A DNA stretch of 32,000 nt from Desulfobulbus propionicus DSM 2032 (GTDB lineage Bacteria; Desulfobacterota; Desulfobulbia; Desulfobulbales; Desulfobulbaceae). The stretch spans positions 30,001 through 62,000 of the forward strand of contig NC_014972.1 in assembly GCF_000186885.1 (NCBI RefSeq). Reading direction: 5' to 3'. Of this stretch, positions 10,492 through 19,362 are shown piece after piece. Each line of letters opens with the position of its first letter. Position 1 is the first letter of the stretch. Made by a program: the position numbers and the translations under genes. The notes below the pieces were generated by a model. That model made no database searches. It was not told the origin of the DNA and saw nothing but the letters and a program-made list of their open reading frames with translations.

Positions 10492-10541
10492 CTTGTCAAC
10501 CACTTATCAAAGACCGTCTGCGGTCACCACAGGAACATTCC

Positions 10542-12275
10542 ATGACAAAAAACGGAACTCAACCCGCATTTGCGGCAGATGACACCAGCTTTGAGGAAAT
10601 GAGCTTTGCGGAGCTGTTTGAACAGGAAGACAACAACACCGTGATCAATGTCGGTGAGGTTGCCCTTGGCACCGTCGTTGGCTTGAGCAGCGACGCCGTG
10701 CTGATCGACGTTGGCGACAAGGCGGAGAGCTTCATTCCGCTCTCTGAATTCCGCCATGAGGATCCGGAACGGGAAATCAAGATCGGCGACCAGTTCGAAG
10801 TCTTTATCGAGAAACGCAAGGATGAAGGCGGCCTGCTGCTTTCCCGCGAAAAAGCCATTGCCATCAAAGTCTGGGAGCAGATTGCCAAGATTCAGGAGGA
10901 AGACGGGACAATTGAGGGCCGTATCGATAACCGGGTCAAGGGCGGCATGTCGGTTGATATCGGTGTACCGGCGTTTCTCCCCTATTCGCAGATCGATCTG
11001 CGCCCGGTCAAGGATCTGGACAGCCTGATCGGCCAGACCTTTGAGTTCAAGATTCTCAAGTTCAACCGCAAACGGAACAACGTGGTCATCTCCCGCCGCG
11101 CGATCCTCGAGAATCAGCGCACCGCCCTGCGCGAGCAGATGCGCACTTCCCTCCAGGAGGGCCAGATCATTCGCGGCGCCATCACCAACATCACCGACTA
11201 CGGTCTGTTCATCGACCTGGGCGGCATGGACGGCCTCTGCCACATCACCGATCTGTCATGGGGCCGGGTTTCCCACCCCTCCAAGCTGTACACGGTCGGC
11301 GAGGAAATCGAGGTCAAAATTCTCAAGTACGACAAGAACTCCGACCGTGTTTCCCTGGGTGTCAAGCAGCTCAAGTCCGATCCGTGGGAGCGCGTGCCCC
11401 AACAGTATGCGCCGGGTTCCCGCGTCAAGGGCAAGGTGGTTTCGATCACCGACTACGGTGTGTTTGTCGAGCTGGAAGAGGGCGTCGAGGGCTTGGTCCA
11501 CATCTCCGAGATGAGCTGGTCGAAGAAACCGCGCCATCCTTCCAAGATCGTCGGCGTGGGAGAGGAGATCGAGGTGCAGGTGCTCAAGGTCGAGGCCGAG
11601 ACCAAGCGGATCTCCCTGGGTATGAAGCAGCTGCAGCCCAATCCCTGGGATGTGGTGGAAGAGAGCTATCCGGTAGGTTCGGTCATCGAGGGTAAGATCA
11701 AGAATATCACCGACTTTGGTATTTTTATCGGGATCGAAGAGGGGATCGACGGCCTGATTCACGTGTCCGATCTGTCCTGGACCGAGCGGATCAAGCATCC
11801 GTCGGAGAAATACTCCAAGGGCGAGACCATCCAAGCGGTGGTGCTCAAGATCGACAAGGAAAACGAGCGTTTCTCCCTGGGCGTCAAACAGTTGGAGCCC
11901 GATCCCTGGCAGGCGGCCTCCAGCAACTATCCGATCGGTTCCACCGTTGAGGGAACCATCACCAACGTGACCGATTTCGGCGTTTTTGTCCAGCTGGAGG
12001 AAGGCATCGAAGGCTTGGTCCACGTGTCCGAGATCTCCAAGGACAAGGTCAAGACCCCGGTGGGCATGTTCAACGTCAACGATACCCTCAAGGCCATGGT
12101 GATCAACGTGTCCGCTGATGACCGCAAGATTGGTCTCTCGGTGAAGGCGTTGCAGGAGAAGGAAGACAACAACGGCGCCATTCCCGAGGAATATCTGCAA
12201 AAGGCGCAAAGCGGAGGTGCGTCGACCTTTGGCGACCTGCTGAAAGCAGCCGCGGGTGAGGATATCAACAAGTAA
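10542..12275 (+). CDS. rpsA: 30S ribosomal protein S1
   Basis: 577 aa with six S1 repeats, e.g. GQIIRGAITNITDYGLFIDLGGMDGLCHITDLSW, GSRVKGKVVSITDYGVFVELEEGVEGLVHISEMSW and GSTVEGTITNVTDFGVFVQLEEGIEGLVHVSE. Confidence 0.97.
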   Translation: MTKNGTQPAFAADDTSFEEMSFAELFEQEDNNTVINVGEVALGTVVGLSSDAVLIDVGDKAESFIPLSEFRHEDPEREIKIGDQFEVFIEKRKDEGGLLLSREKAIAIKVWEQIAKIQEEDGTIEGRIDNRVKGGMSVDIGVPAFLPYSQIDLRPVKDLDSLIGQTFEFKILKFNRKRNNVVISRRAILENQRTALREQMRTSLQEGQIIRGAITNITDYGLFIDLGGMDGLCHITDLSWGRVSHPSKLYTVGEEIEVKILKYDKNSDRVSLGVKQLKSDPWERVPQQYAPGSRVKGKVVSITDYGVFVELEEGVEGLVHISEMSWSKKPRHPSKIVGVGEEIEVQVLKVEAETKRISLGMKQLQPNPWDVVEESYPVGSVIEGKIKNITDFGIFIGIEEGIDGLIHVSDLSWTERIKHPSEKYSKGETIQAVVLKIDKENERFSLGVKQLEPDPWQAASSNYPIGSTVEGTITNVTDFGVFVQLEEGIEGLVHVSEISKDKVKTPVGMFNVNDTLKAMVINVSADDRKIGLSVKALQEKEDNNGAIPEEYLQKAQSGGASTFGDLLKAAAGEDINK

Positions 12276-12307
12276 GACGTCAGTCTCTTGTTCGGCTGTA
12301 ACGCAAC

Positions 12308-12354
12308 GGGTGTTTCACCTGACCGAATAGGCAAAAAGGTAAGGTGAAACGCCC
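12308..12354 (+). promoter_or_regulatory. Long hairpin between rpsA and the HU/IHF gene
   Basis: GGGTGTTTCACCT (12308-12320) pairs with AGGTGAAACGCCC (12342-12354): 13 bp with one G-U, 21-nt loop, followed by TTTCTATT. Confidence 0.55.
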
Positions 12355-12369
12355 TTTCTATTACCCGCA

Positions 12370-12391
12370 GCAAGCGGCGCGAGTCGCTTGC
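12370..12391 (+). promoter_or_regulatory. GNRA-capped hairpin upstream of the HU/IHF gene
   Basis: GCAAGCGGC - GCGA - GTCGCTTGC, a 9-bp stem with one G-U closed by a GCGA tetraloop. Confidence 0.5.
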
Positions 12392-12423
12392 CGACATGCG
12401 GCTGGTTAAAAGGAATGCATATC

Positions 12424-12711
12424 ATGCTTAAGCGTGAATTGGTCAATCAAGTTTCCGAACAGCTTGGCGACTATTACAAACAGGATATAGCGCAAGCCGT
12501 GGAAATCATACTCGAAGAGATTTCGCAGGCGCTTGCCGAGGAGAGGAGGGTGGAAATCCGCGGGTTCGGCAGTTTTTCCGTGCGGACCCGAAAGCCGCGC
12601 ACCACCAAGAATCCGAAAACCGGCAAGATGATGAATATTCCCGCCCGCAAAACCTTGCACTTCACCATGAGCAAATCGCTCAAGGAAGTGCTGATCGACG
12701 AAGTCGAATAA
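12424..12711 (+). CDS. HU/IHF family DNA-binding protein
   Basis: MLKRELVNQVSEQLGDYYKQDIAQAVEIILEEISQALAEERRVEIRGFGSFSVRTRKPRTTKNPKTGKMMNIPARKTLHF, with the HU/IHF signature GFGSF...R.RNPKTG. IHF-beta is favoured by its position next to rpsA. Confidence 0.93.
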   Translation: MLKRELVNQVSEQLGDYYKQDIAQAVEIILEEISQALAEERRVEIRGFGSFSVRTRKPRTTKNPKTGKMMNIPARKTLHFTMSKSLKEVLIDEVE

Positions 12712-12733
12712 CGCGCAATTGTTGCATGGTGAC

Positions 12734-12769
12734 AAGACCGAACCCCGTTGGCGGGTTCGGTCTTTTTTT
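12734..12769 (+). terminator. Rho-independent terminator downstream of the HU/IHF gene
   Basis: AAGACCGAACCC (12734-12745) / GGGTTCGGTCTT (12753-12764), perfect 12-bp stem with 7-nt loop, running into TTTTTTT. Confidence 0.93.
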
Positions 12770-12835
12770 ATTCAATAACGCACAAGCAGCTGGAGGCGTT
12801 TCCCCCAAGCGGGGAACCCGGCGGGAGAAGAAAGA

Positions 12836-13453
12836 TCAGAGAAAGGCGCTGATGTCGCCCCGCCCCTCGCGCAGCACCTCCGGCTGTTCGCTGAGCAGGG
12901 AAATGACCGAGGACGGCGCAGGAACGATCTCGCCGCTGTCAATGATCAGATCCACCTGCTTGCCGAAGAGGCGTTCGACATCCATGGCGGTACGAACCGG
13001 CTGGTCGTCGTCCTCGATCATGGCGCTGGTGTTGAGTACCGGGTTGCCCAGGAGTTCGAGCATTGCCAAGCAGACCGGATGGTTGGGGACGCGGATGCCC
13101 ACGGTTTTCTGCTTGGTGAGCATGATTTTCGGCACCATCTTGGTTCCGGACAGGACGAAGGTGTAGGGACCGGGCAAATTCTTGCGCATCAGCCGATAGG
13201 CGGTGTTGCCGACATGGCCATACTGGCTGATGTTGGTTAGCGAGGCGCACATGAAGCTGAAGGGCTTGTCCTTGGGGCGTCGTTTGATCTGATAGACCCG
13301 CTTGACCGCCTTTTGGTTGAAGATGTCGCAACCGACACCGTACATGGTGTCGGTGGGGTAGCAGATGACGCCGCCATGTTGGAGAATGTCCACCGCTTGG
13401 GCGATCAGACGCGGCTGCGGGTTGATGGGATTGATCTCGACAATTCGTGCCAT
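12836..13453 (-). CDS. Sua5/YciO/YrdC family protein (L-threonylcarbamoyladenylate synthase-like)
   Basis: 205 aa: IAQAVDILQHGGVICYPTDTMYGVGCDIFNQKAVKRVYQIKRRPKDKPFSFMC...PGPYTFVLSGTK...KQTVGIRVPNHPVC. Confidence 0.92.
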   Translation of the reverse strand: MARIVEINPINPQPRLIAQAVDILQHGGVICYPTDTMYGVGCDIFNQKAVKRVYQIKRRPKDKPFSFMCASLTNISQYGHVGNTAYRLMRKNLPGPYTFVLSGTKMVPKIMLTKQKTVGIRVPNHPVCLAMLELLGNPVLNTSAMIEDDDQPVRTAMDVERLFGKQVDLIIDSGEIVPAPSSVISLLSEQPEVLREGRGDISAFL

Positions 13454-13761
13454 AGGAACAAGGAAGTATTCGTGGTCAAAAAGATGCGCGATCCGTGTTC
13501 CGCAGTGCGAGCCTTGGAGCGCATTGGTGACGGGAAATCAGCGAACCGGATACTTAAGCAGGAACGGCCGGAAAAGGCCATTGGTTTTTTCGCTCGCATG
13601 TATTTCATTTTAGATGCGAACATGCTAGAGAATAACTATTTTCCCAGCAACCCATTCACTTTTTCCAAAAACGGGCAGGGGACAATTCCCCAATTCGGAA
13701 CGGATCCCGCTTAAAAGATGACTGCTGCTACGGCCTCAGTCAACCGTCCGATCGTCCATAC

Positions 13762-13782
13762 CCTGCGGCAACGTCCCGCAGG
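13762..13782 (+). promoter_or_regulatory. Hairpin in the region upstream of guaB
   Basis: CCTGCGG (13762-13768) / CCGCAGG (13776-13782), perfect 7-bp stem with 7-nt loop. Confidence 0.4.
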
Positions 13783-13814
13783 CGCGACCAGACAATACAC
13801 ATACATGCATCAAC

Positions 13815-13842
13815 GGGACGGAGTTGCTTCCCGTGTTTTTAC
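13815..13842 (+). promoter_or_regulatory. Terminator-like hairpin just upstream of guaB (possible attenuator)
   Basis: ACGGGA (13815-13820) / TCCCGT (13831-13836), then GTTTTTA, ending about 20 nt before the guaB ATG. Confidence 0.35.
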
Positions 13843-13863
13843 TCCAGCAGACAAGGAGCGTAT

Positions 13864-15327
13864 ATGTTTCAGCAGACAATTCCCATGGCCCTCACCTTTG
13901 ACGATGTCCTCCTGGTGCCGGGCGCTTCCGAAGTTCTTCCCTCGGAGGTTTCCCTGAAAACCCGGCTCACGGACACCATCGATCTCCAGGCGCCGCTGCT
14001 CAGCGCGGCCATGGACACGGTCACCGAACACCAGACCGCCATAGCCATGGCCAGGGAGGGCGGGATCGGCATCATCCACAAGAACATGAGCATCGAACAG
14101 CAGGCCAAGGAGGTGGAACGGGTCAAGAAGTCCGAATCCGGCATGATCGCCGACCCGATCACCGTTTCCCCCTACCAGAGCGTGGCCGAGGTACAGCAGA
14201 TTATGCGCACCTACCGCATCTCCGGCCTGCCGGTCATCGACGGCGACAAGCTGGTGGGCATCGTCACCAACCGCGACCTGCGGTTCGTGTCCGACGACGG
14301 CCTGCGGGTCAACGACGTGATGACCAGCAAGAACCTGGTCACCGCGCCGGTGGGCATCGATCTGCCCCACTGCAAGGCCTTGTTGCACGAGCACCGCATC
14401 GAGAAACTGTTGATTGTCGACGACAACGGCCGGCTCAAGGGGTTGATCACCATCAAGGACATCGAGAAGATCAAGCAATACCCCAACGCGGCCAAGGATT
14501 CCATGGGCCGCCTGCTGGCCGGCGCTGCTCTGGGAGTAGGCCCCGATCTGCTGCCGCGCACCGAGGCCCTGGTCAAGGCCAAGGTCGACGTGGTGGTGCT
14601 CGATTCCGCCCACGGCCATTCCGCCGGCATCCTCCGTGCCCTGCAGGAGATCAAGGCCAGCTTCCCCGATCTGCCGGTGATCGCCGGCAATATCGCCACC
14701 GGCGAGGCCACCGAGGCAATGATCAAGGCCGGAGTCAACGGGGTCAAGGTGGGTGTTGGCCCGGGATCGATCTGCACCACCCGCATTGTCGCCGGCGTGG
14801 GCGTCCCGCAGTTGACCGCCCTGAAAAACTGCGTCGAGGCAGCTTCCAAACACGGTATTCCGGTGATCGCCGACGGCGGTATCAAGTTTTCCGGCGACAT
14901 CTGCAAGGCGCTCGGCATCGGCGCCCATTCGGTGATGATCGGCTCGCTCTTTGCCGGCACCGACGAGACTCCGGGCGAAACCTTCCTCTACCAGGGACGG
15001 AAATACAAGGGGTACCGGGGCATGGGATCGATCGGCGCCATGAAGGAGGGGTCCGGCGACCGGTATTTCCAGGACAGCCAGAGCAGCAAGCTGGTACCCG
15101 AGGGGATTGAGGGCAAGGTCCCCTACCGCGGTCCGATCTCGGAAATGATCTACCAGCTGCTCGGCGGCCTGCGATCCGGCATGGGATACACTGGCGCGGC
15201 CACCATCGAGGAGCTGCACCAGAAGGCCCGCTTTGTCCAGATCTCCACCGCCGGCCTGCGCGAGTCGCACGTCCACGATGTGATCATCACCAAAGAGGCA
15301 CCGAATTATCGAACCGAAGGGCTTTAA
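13864..15327 (+). CDS. guaB: Inosine-5'-monophosphate dehydrogenase
   Basis: 487 aa. Two CBS domains ([21 protein letters not shown]..., [15 protein letters not shown]...), [20 protein letters not shown] and [26 protein letters not shown] upstream. Confidence 0.97.
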   Translation: MFQQTIPMALTFDDVLLVPGASEVLPSEVSLKTRLTDTIDLQAPLLSAAMDTVTEHQTAIAMAREGGIGIIHKNMSIEQQAKEVERVKKSESGMIADPITVSPYQSVAEVQQIMRTYRISGLPVIDGDKLVGIVTNRDLRFVSDDGLRVNDVMTSKNLVTAPVGIDLPHCKALLHEHRIEKLLIVDDNGRLKGLITIKDIEKIKQYPNAAKDSMGRLLAGAALGVGPDLLPRTEALVKAKVDVVVLDSAHGHSAGILRALQEIKASFPDLPVIAGNIATGEATEAMIKAGVNGVKVGVGPGSICTTRIVAGVGVPQLTALKNCVEAASKHGIPVIADGGIKFSGDICKALGIGAHSVMIGSLFAGTDETPGETFLYQGRKYKGYRGMGSIGAMKEGSGDRYFQDSQSSKLVPEGIEGKVPYRGPISEMIYQLLGGLRSGMGYTGAATIEELHQKARFVQISTAGLRESHVHDVIITKEAPNYRTEGL

Positions 15328-15359
15328 TTTTTCCACCAATCCCATCCGCATAGGCAGCC

Positions 15360-16910
15360 ATGTCCACCCACACGCAAAAAATCATCATCCTTGATTTCGG
15401 CTCGCAAACCACCCAGCTGATCGCCCGTCGCATCCGCGAGCAGAAGGTCTACAGTGAGATCCACCCCTACACCCTGCCCCTCGACAGGCTGGCGGCCTTG
15501 CGGCCCACCGGCATCGTCCTCTCCGGTGGCCCGGCCAGCGTTTACGACGACGATGCGCCGATCAGCGATCCCGGTGTCTTTGAACTCGGCGTGCCGGTGC
15601 TCGGTATCTGCTATGGCGCCCAACTGATGACCGTGCAACTGGGCGGCAGGGTGGAGCGGGCCGAGAAACGCGAATTCGGCAAGGCCCAGCTCAATATCGC
15701 ATACACCGGCGGTCTGTTCGCCGGCATGGAGGTCGCGCCGGCCCACTACCAGGTGTGGATGAGCCACGGAGACCGCATCGAGGAGTTGGCTCCGGGGTTC
15801 GTGGTCACCGCCACCAGCGGCCACTCCCCCTATGCCGCCATCCGCCACGGCGAGAACCCCTTTGTCGGCGTCCAGTTCCATCCGGAGGTGGCCCACACCC
15901 TGATTGGCACCGATGTGCTGCGCAACTTTATTTTCGGCCTGTGCGGCTGCCGCCCCGACTGGACCATGCACTCGTTCATCGACAGCACGGTGGCCGAGAT
16001 CCGCGCCAAGGTCGGGAGCGACCGGGTGATCTGCGCCCTGTCCGGCGGGGTCGACAGCTCGGTGGTCGCGGCCCTGGTGCACCGGGCCATCGGTGATCAG
16101 CTGACCTGCATCCATGTCAACAACGGCCTGATGCGTACCGGCGAGTCGGAAAGCGTGCTCCGCTTCTTCCGCGAGAAAACCAGCCTCACGGTCATCGATG
16201 TCGATGCCACCGAGTTTTTCCTCAACGCCCTGGACGGGGTGGCCGACCCCGAGGAGAAGCGCAAGCGCATCGGCTACGGTTTCATCGAGATCTTCGAGGC
16301 CGAGGCCAAGAAGCTGGGCAAGGTCCGGTACCTGGCCCAGGGCACCCTCTACCCGGATGTGATCGAATCGGTGGTCTTTCGCGGCAAGGCGCCGATCAAG
16401 TCGCACCACAACGTCGGCGGCCTGCCCGAGCGCATGCAGCTCGACCTCATCGAGCCTTTGCGGGAGCTGTTCAAGGACGAGGTGCGCGAGCTGGGGCTGG
16501 AGTTGGGCTTGCCCGAGGAGGCCATTTACCGCCAGCCATTCCCCGGTCCGGGGTTGGGTATTCGCATCATGGGGGCAATCAACGCCGAGCGGCTGCGCAT
16601 CCTTCGCCAGGCCGACGTGATCGTCCTGGAGGAGATGAAGGACGCCGGCTGGTACCGCAAGGTGTGGCAGTCGTTTGCCGTGCTCCTGCCGATCCAGACC
16701 GTGGGGGTCATGGGCGACGGCCGCACCTACGAGCACGTCATCGCCCTGCGCTGCGTGGATAGCCGGGATGCGATGACCGCCGATTGGTCGCAGTTGCCCT
16801 ACGATCTGCTCGGCCGTATTTCCAACCGGATCATCAATGAGGTCCGCGGTGTTAACCGGGTGGTCTACGACATCTCCTCCAAACCGCCGGCGACCATCGA
16901 GTGGGAGTGA
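15360..16910 (+). CDS. guaA: GMP synthase (glutamine-hydrolysing)
   Basis: 516 aa: [54 protein letters not shown], and C-terminal [17 protein letters not shown]. Confidence 0.97.
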   Translation: MSTHTQKIIILDFGSQTTQLIARRIREQKVYSEIHPYTLPLDRLAALRPTGIVLSGGPASVYDDDAPISDPGVFELGVPVLGICYGAQLMTVQLGGRVERAEKREFGKAQLNIAYTGGLFAGMEVAPAHYQVWMSHGDRIEELAPGFVVTATSGHSPYAAIRHGENPFVGVQFHPEVAHTLIGTDVLRNFIFGLCGCRPDWTMHSFIDSTVAEIRAKVGSDRVICALSGGVDSSVVAALVHRAIGDQLTCIHVNNGLMRTGESESVLRFFREKTSLTVIDVDATEFFLNALDGVADPEEKRKRIGYGFIEIFEAEAKKLGKVRYLAQGTLYPDVIESVVFRGKAPIKSHHNVGGLPERMQLDLIEPLRELFKDEVRELGLELGLPEEAIYRQPFPGPGLGIRIMGAINAERLRILRQADVIVLEEMKDAGWYRKVWQSFAVLLPIQTVGVMGDGRTYEHVIALRCVDSRDAMTADWSQLPYDLLGRISNRIINEVRGVNRVVYDISSKPPATIEWE

Positions 16911-16954
16911 GCGGCAGGGAAAAAACACAACAACAATCTGCATTTACGTTTTAC

Positions 16955-17731
16955 ATGCTCAAAACAGCCATATACGTCGACGCGGAAAACATCAAGATGA
17001 GCGGCGGCTACGGCATGCGCTACGATGTGCTTGTCGACTTGGCCAACAACACCAATTCGGTGATGCTGCGGGCCAACTGCTATCTGGCCGAGGATCATGA
17101 ACGTACCCAGCGGGATGCGGAATATCGACAGAAGGTCTACTCCTATCACAACATCCTGCGCCAGTGCGGGTTCAAGATCATCAAGAAGTATGTCCGGCGG
17201 TTCAAGGACGAGGACGGCAACATCACCACCAAGGCCAACGCCGACATGGACCTGGCCATCGACGCCCTGCTGCAGGCACGCAATCTCGACCGCATCATCC
17301 TTCTCACCGGCGACGGCGATTTCCTCCGCCTGATCATCGCCCTGCAGAACATGGGCTGCCGGGTGGAGGTAATCGGGTTCCACAACGTCAACAAGGAACT
17401 GCGCGAGGTGGCCGATTCCTATATCTCCGGCTTTCTGGTCCCGGGCCTGCTGCCCATTGCCGGCAGTTACGGTGAAAACGGCGACAAGTGGCAGCGGGGC
17501 ACGGTGGCCAATTTCAACCAGGACCGGGGCTTTGGCTTTTTCCGCTACTACCGGTTGCTGAACAATGTTTTGCAGCCAGAAACCGTGTTTTTTCACCTGT
17601 CCAAGTCGACCTTGGCCTCCGACCATTTTTTTCAGGAACCCCATCGCATCTTCGAGTTCCGGGTGGTGGAAAACCCGGCCAACAACAACCGCTCCGAGGC
17701 CTGGGATATCCGACTGCTCAAGGAGGGCTGA
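16955..17731 (+). CDS. NYN (LabA/DUF88-like, PIN-like RNase) domain protein with C-terminal cold-shock-like domain
   Basis: MLKTAIYVDAENIKMSGG...KANADMDLAIDALLQARNLDRIILLTGDGDFLRLIIALQNMGCRVEVIGF (NYN), then KWQRGTVANFNQDRGFGFFRYYR...ETVFFHLSKSTL (cold-shock-like). The GTG starts at 16901/16907 are alternatives. Confidence 0.85.
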   Translation: MLKTAIYVDAENIKMSGGYGMRYDVLVDLANNTNSVMLRANCYLAEDHERTQRDAEYRQKVYSYHNILRQCGFKIIKKYVRRFKDEDGNITTKANADMDLAIDALLQARNLDRIILLTGDGDFLRLIIALQNMGCRVEVIGFHNVNKELREVADSYISGFLVPGLLPIAGSYGENGDKWQRGTVANFNQDRGFGFFRYYRLLNNVLQPETVFFHLSKSTLASDHFFQEPHRIFEFRVVENPANNNRSEAWDIRLLKEG

Positions 17732-17736
17732 GAGGC

Positions 17737-18765
17737 ATGACCAAGCACAAGGGACTGTTACTCGCCGGCGATATCGGCGCCACCAAGACGGTGCTCGCCC
17801 TGTACGAGACCTGGCCCGGCCAGCCGCTGCGCCAGCAAACCTTCCGCAATGCGGAGTTTGCCAGTTTCGACGAGTTGGTGGAGCGGTTTCTCGGTGCGGG
17901 AGCGGCCACGCCCACGGCGGCCTGTCTGGGCGTGGCGGGGCCGGTGACCGCCGATACGGTCAGGATGACCAATCTTGACTGGAAGATCGAGGCCGCAGCC
18001 CTCAAACAGCGATTCGGCTGGAGCCAGGTCCGGTTGATCAACGACTTGGTGGCCACGGCCATGGGCGCCCTTCAACTGCAGCCCGCCGATTGCACCCTGC
18101 TCAACCCGGGCGAGCCCCGGGAAGGGGCGGTGATGGCCGTTCTGGCTCCGGGAAGCGGCTTGGGGGAGGCCTTCCTTTTGCCGCATCGTGGCGGCTACCT
18201 CCCCTTTCCCTCGGAAGGAGGCCACGCCAGTTTTGCCCCGTGCAATGGCGAGCAGATCGATCTGCTCACCTTTATGTTCCGCCACCACGCCCATGTGTCG
18301 GTGGAGCAGGTGTGTTCCGGTCTGGCCATCCCCGAACTGTTTGCCTTCATGGCCACCAGGCAGCCGGTTCCCGATTGGCTGCGGCAGGAATTGATCCGGG
18401 CCGAGGATCAAACGCCAGTGATCGTTGGCGCGGCCCTGGCGGCGATTCAGGGAGGCCGGATGTGTGAGGTCGCCGTGCGTACCCTGGAGCTGTTTGTCGA
18501 CATCCTCGCCGACGAGGCGGCCAATCTCGCCCTCAAGACCCTGGCACTTGGCGGCATTTTCCTTGGCGGCGGTCTGGCGCCTCGGCTGCAGCCTTTCCTG
18601 GAACGGCAGCGGTTTTTGGCCGCCTTTGCCCGGGGGAACTATCGCGACATGCTCGGCCGCATCCCGGTGCGGATCATCCGCAACCCCCATACCGCCCTGC
18701 TGGGTGCCGCGGCCTGCGGGGCAAGCCTTGTTGCCGGCCACGATCATCAGCCGCTGCGGTGCTGA
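17737..18765 (+). CDS. glk: Glucokinase (ROK-unrelated, Glk family)
   Basis: MTKHKGLLLAGDIGATKTVLALYE...CLGVAGPV...VRMTNLDWKIEAAALKQRFGWSQVRLINDLVATAMG...ALAPGSGLGEAFL...PFPSEGGHASFAP. The listed ORF start at 17488 lies inside the upstream gene. Confidence 0.9.
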   Translation: MTKHKGLLLAGDIGATKTVLALYETWPGQPLRQQTFRNAEFASFDELVERFLGAGAATPTAACLGVAGPVTADTVRMTNLDWKIEAAALKQRFGWSQVRLINDLVATAMGALQLQPADCTLLNPGEPREGAVMAVLAPGSGLGEAFLLPHRGGYLPFPSEGGHASFAPCNGEQIDLLTFMFRHHAHVSVEQVCSGLAIPELFAFMATRQPVPDWLRQELIRAEDQTPVIVGAALAAIQGGRMCEVAVRTLELFVDILADEAANLALKTLALGGIFLGGGLAPRLQPFLERQRFLAAFARGNYRDMLGRIPVRIIRNPHTALLGAAACGASLVAGHDHQPLRC

Positions 18766-18822
18766 CGATCAACGGCCAGGGCGTTCGGTCGGCTGTCAAG
18801 CGCACCCCGCGCCCACGAATCC

Positions 18823-19362
18823 ATGACCCCCTTTGCTCTCTCTCAACTGCTGGTGGCCATTGCCATCGGTTTTGACCTGCTCTCCTTCCAGTTCAAGGAG
18901 CGGCGGCGGATCATCGCCTGCCTGATCGTCTCCTGCCTGCTAATCGCGACGCACTTTGCCCTGCTCGGCCATTGGACGGCGGTGGGCCTCGGTCTGCTGG
19001 CCGCGGTTCGGTTTGTCGCCAGCTATCTGACCACCTCGAAAAAGGTGATGGCCTTCTTTATTGCCGCCTCGGTGCTGGTCGCGGCCCTGAGCTTCCATGG
19101 CGTGCTGAGCGTGCTCAGTTGCCTGGGATCGATTTTTGGCACCATCGGTTCCTTTTGCAAGGAAGACAAACAACTCAGGCAGGTGATGCTGGTGGCGACC
19201 AGTCTGTGGCTGGTCCACAACTGTCTGGCTGGCACCCCCACGGCGGTCCTCATGGAGGGCTTGTTCATCGCCAGCAACCTGCTGGGCTATTACCGTTACT
19301 ATTATCGGAGAGCGGGCAAACCAGAAGTGGTGCAGACGGAAGGGCAAACGCCGGATCGTTAG
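18823..19362 (+). CDS. YgjV-like inner-membrane protein
   Basis: 179 aa polytopic protein: FDLLSFQFKERRRIIACLIVSCLLIATHFALLGHWTAVGLGLLAAVRFVASYLT. Confidence 0.75.
   Translation: MTPFALSQLLVAIAIGFDLLSFQFKERRRIIACLIVSCLLIATHFALLGHWTAVGLGLLAAVRFVASYLTTSKKVMAFFIAASVLVAALSFHGVLSVLSCLGSIFGTIGSFCKEDKQLRQVMLVATSLWLVHNCLAGTPTAVLMEGLFIASNLLGYYRYYYRRAGKPEVVQTEGQTPDR

Noticed and set aside
10542-12275. Repeated sequence blocks considered as a DNA repeat element
   Set aside because: The repetition is at protein level, from six S1 domains within rpsA, not a mobile or regulatory repeat.
12726-13166. 146-aa plus-strand ORF downstream of the HU/IHF gene
   Set aside because: It begins at the intrinsic terminator and lies mainly antisense to the YrdC-family gene.
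13810-16943. Long minus-strand ORFs (13810-15351, 15324-16943) opposite guaB and guaA
   Set aside because: Both overlie strongly conserved guaB and guaA coding sequence; explained by GC-rich codon bias.
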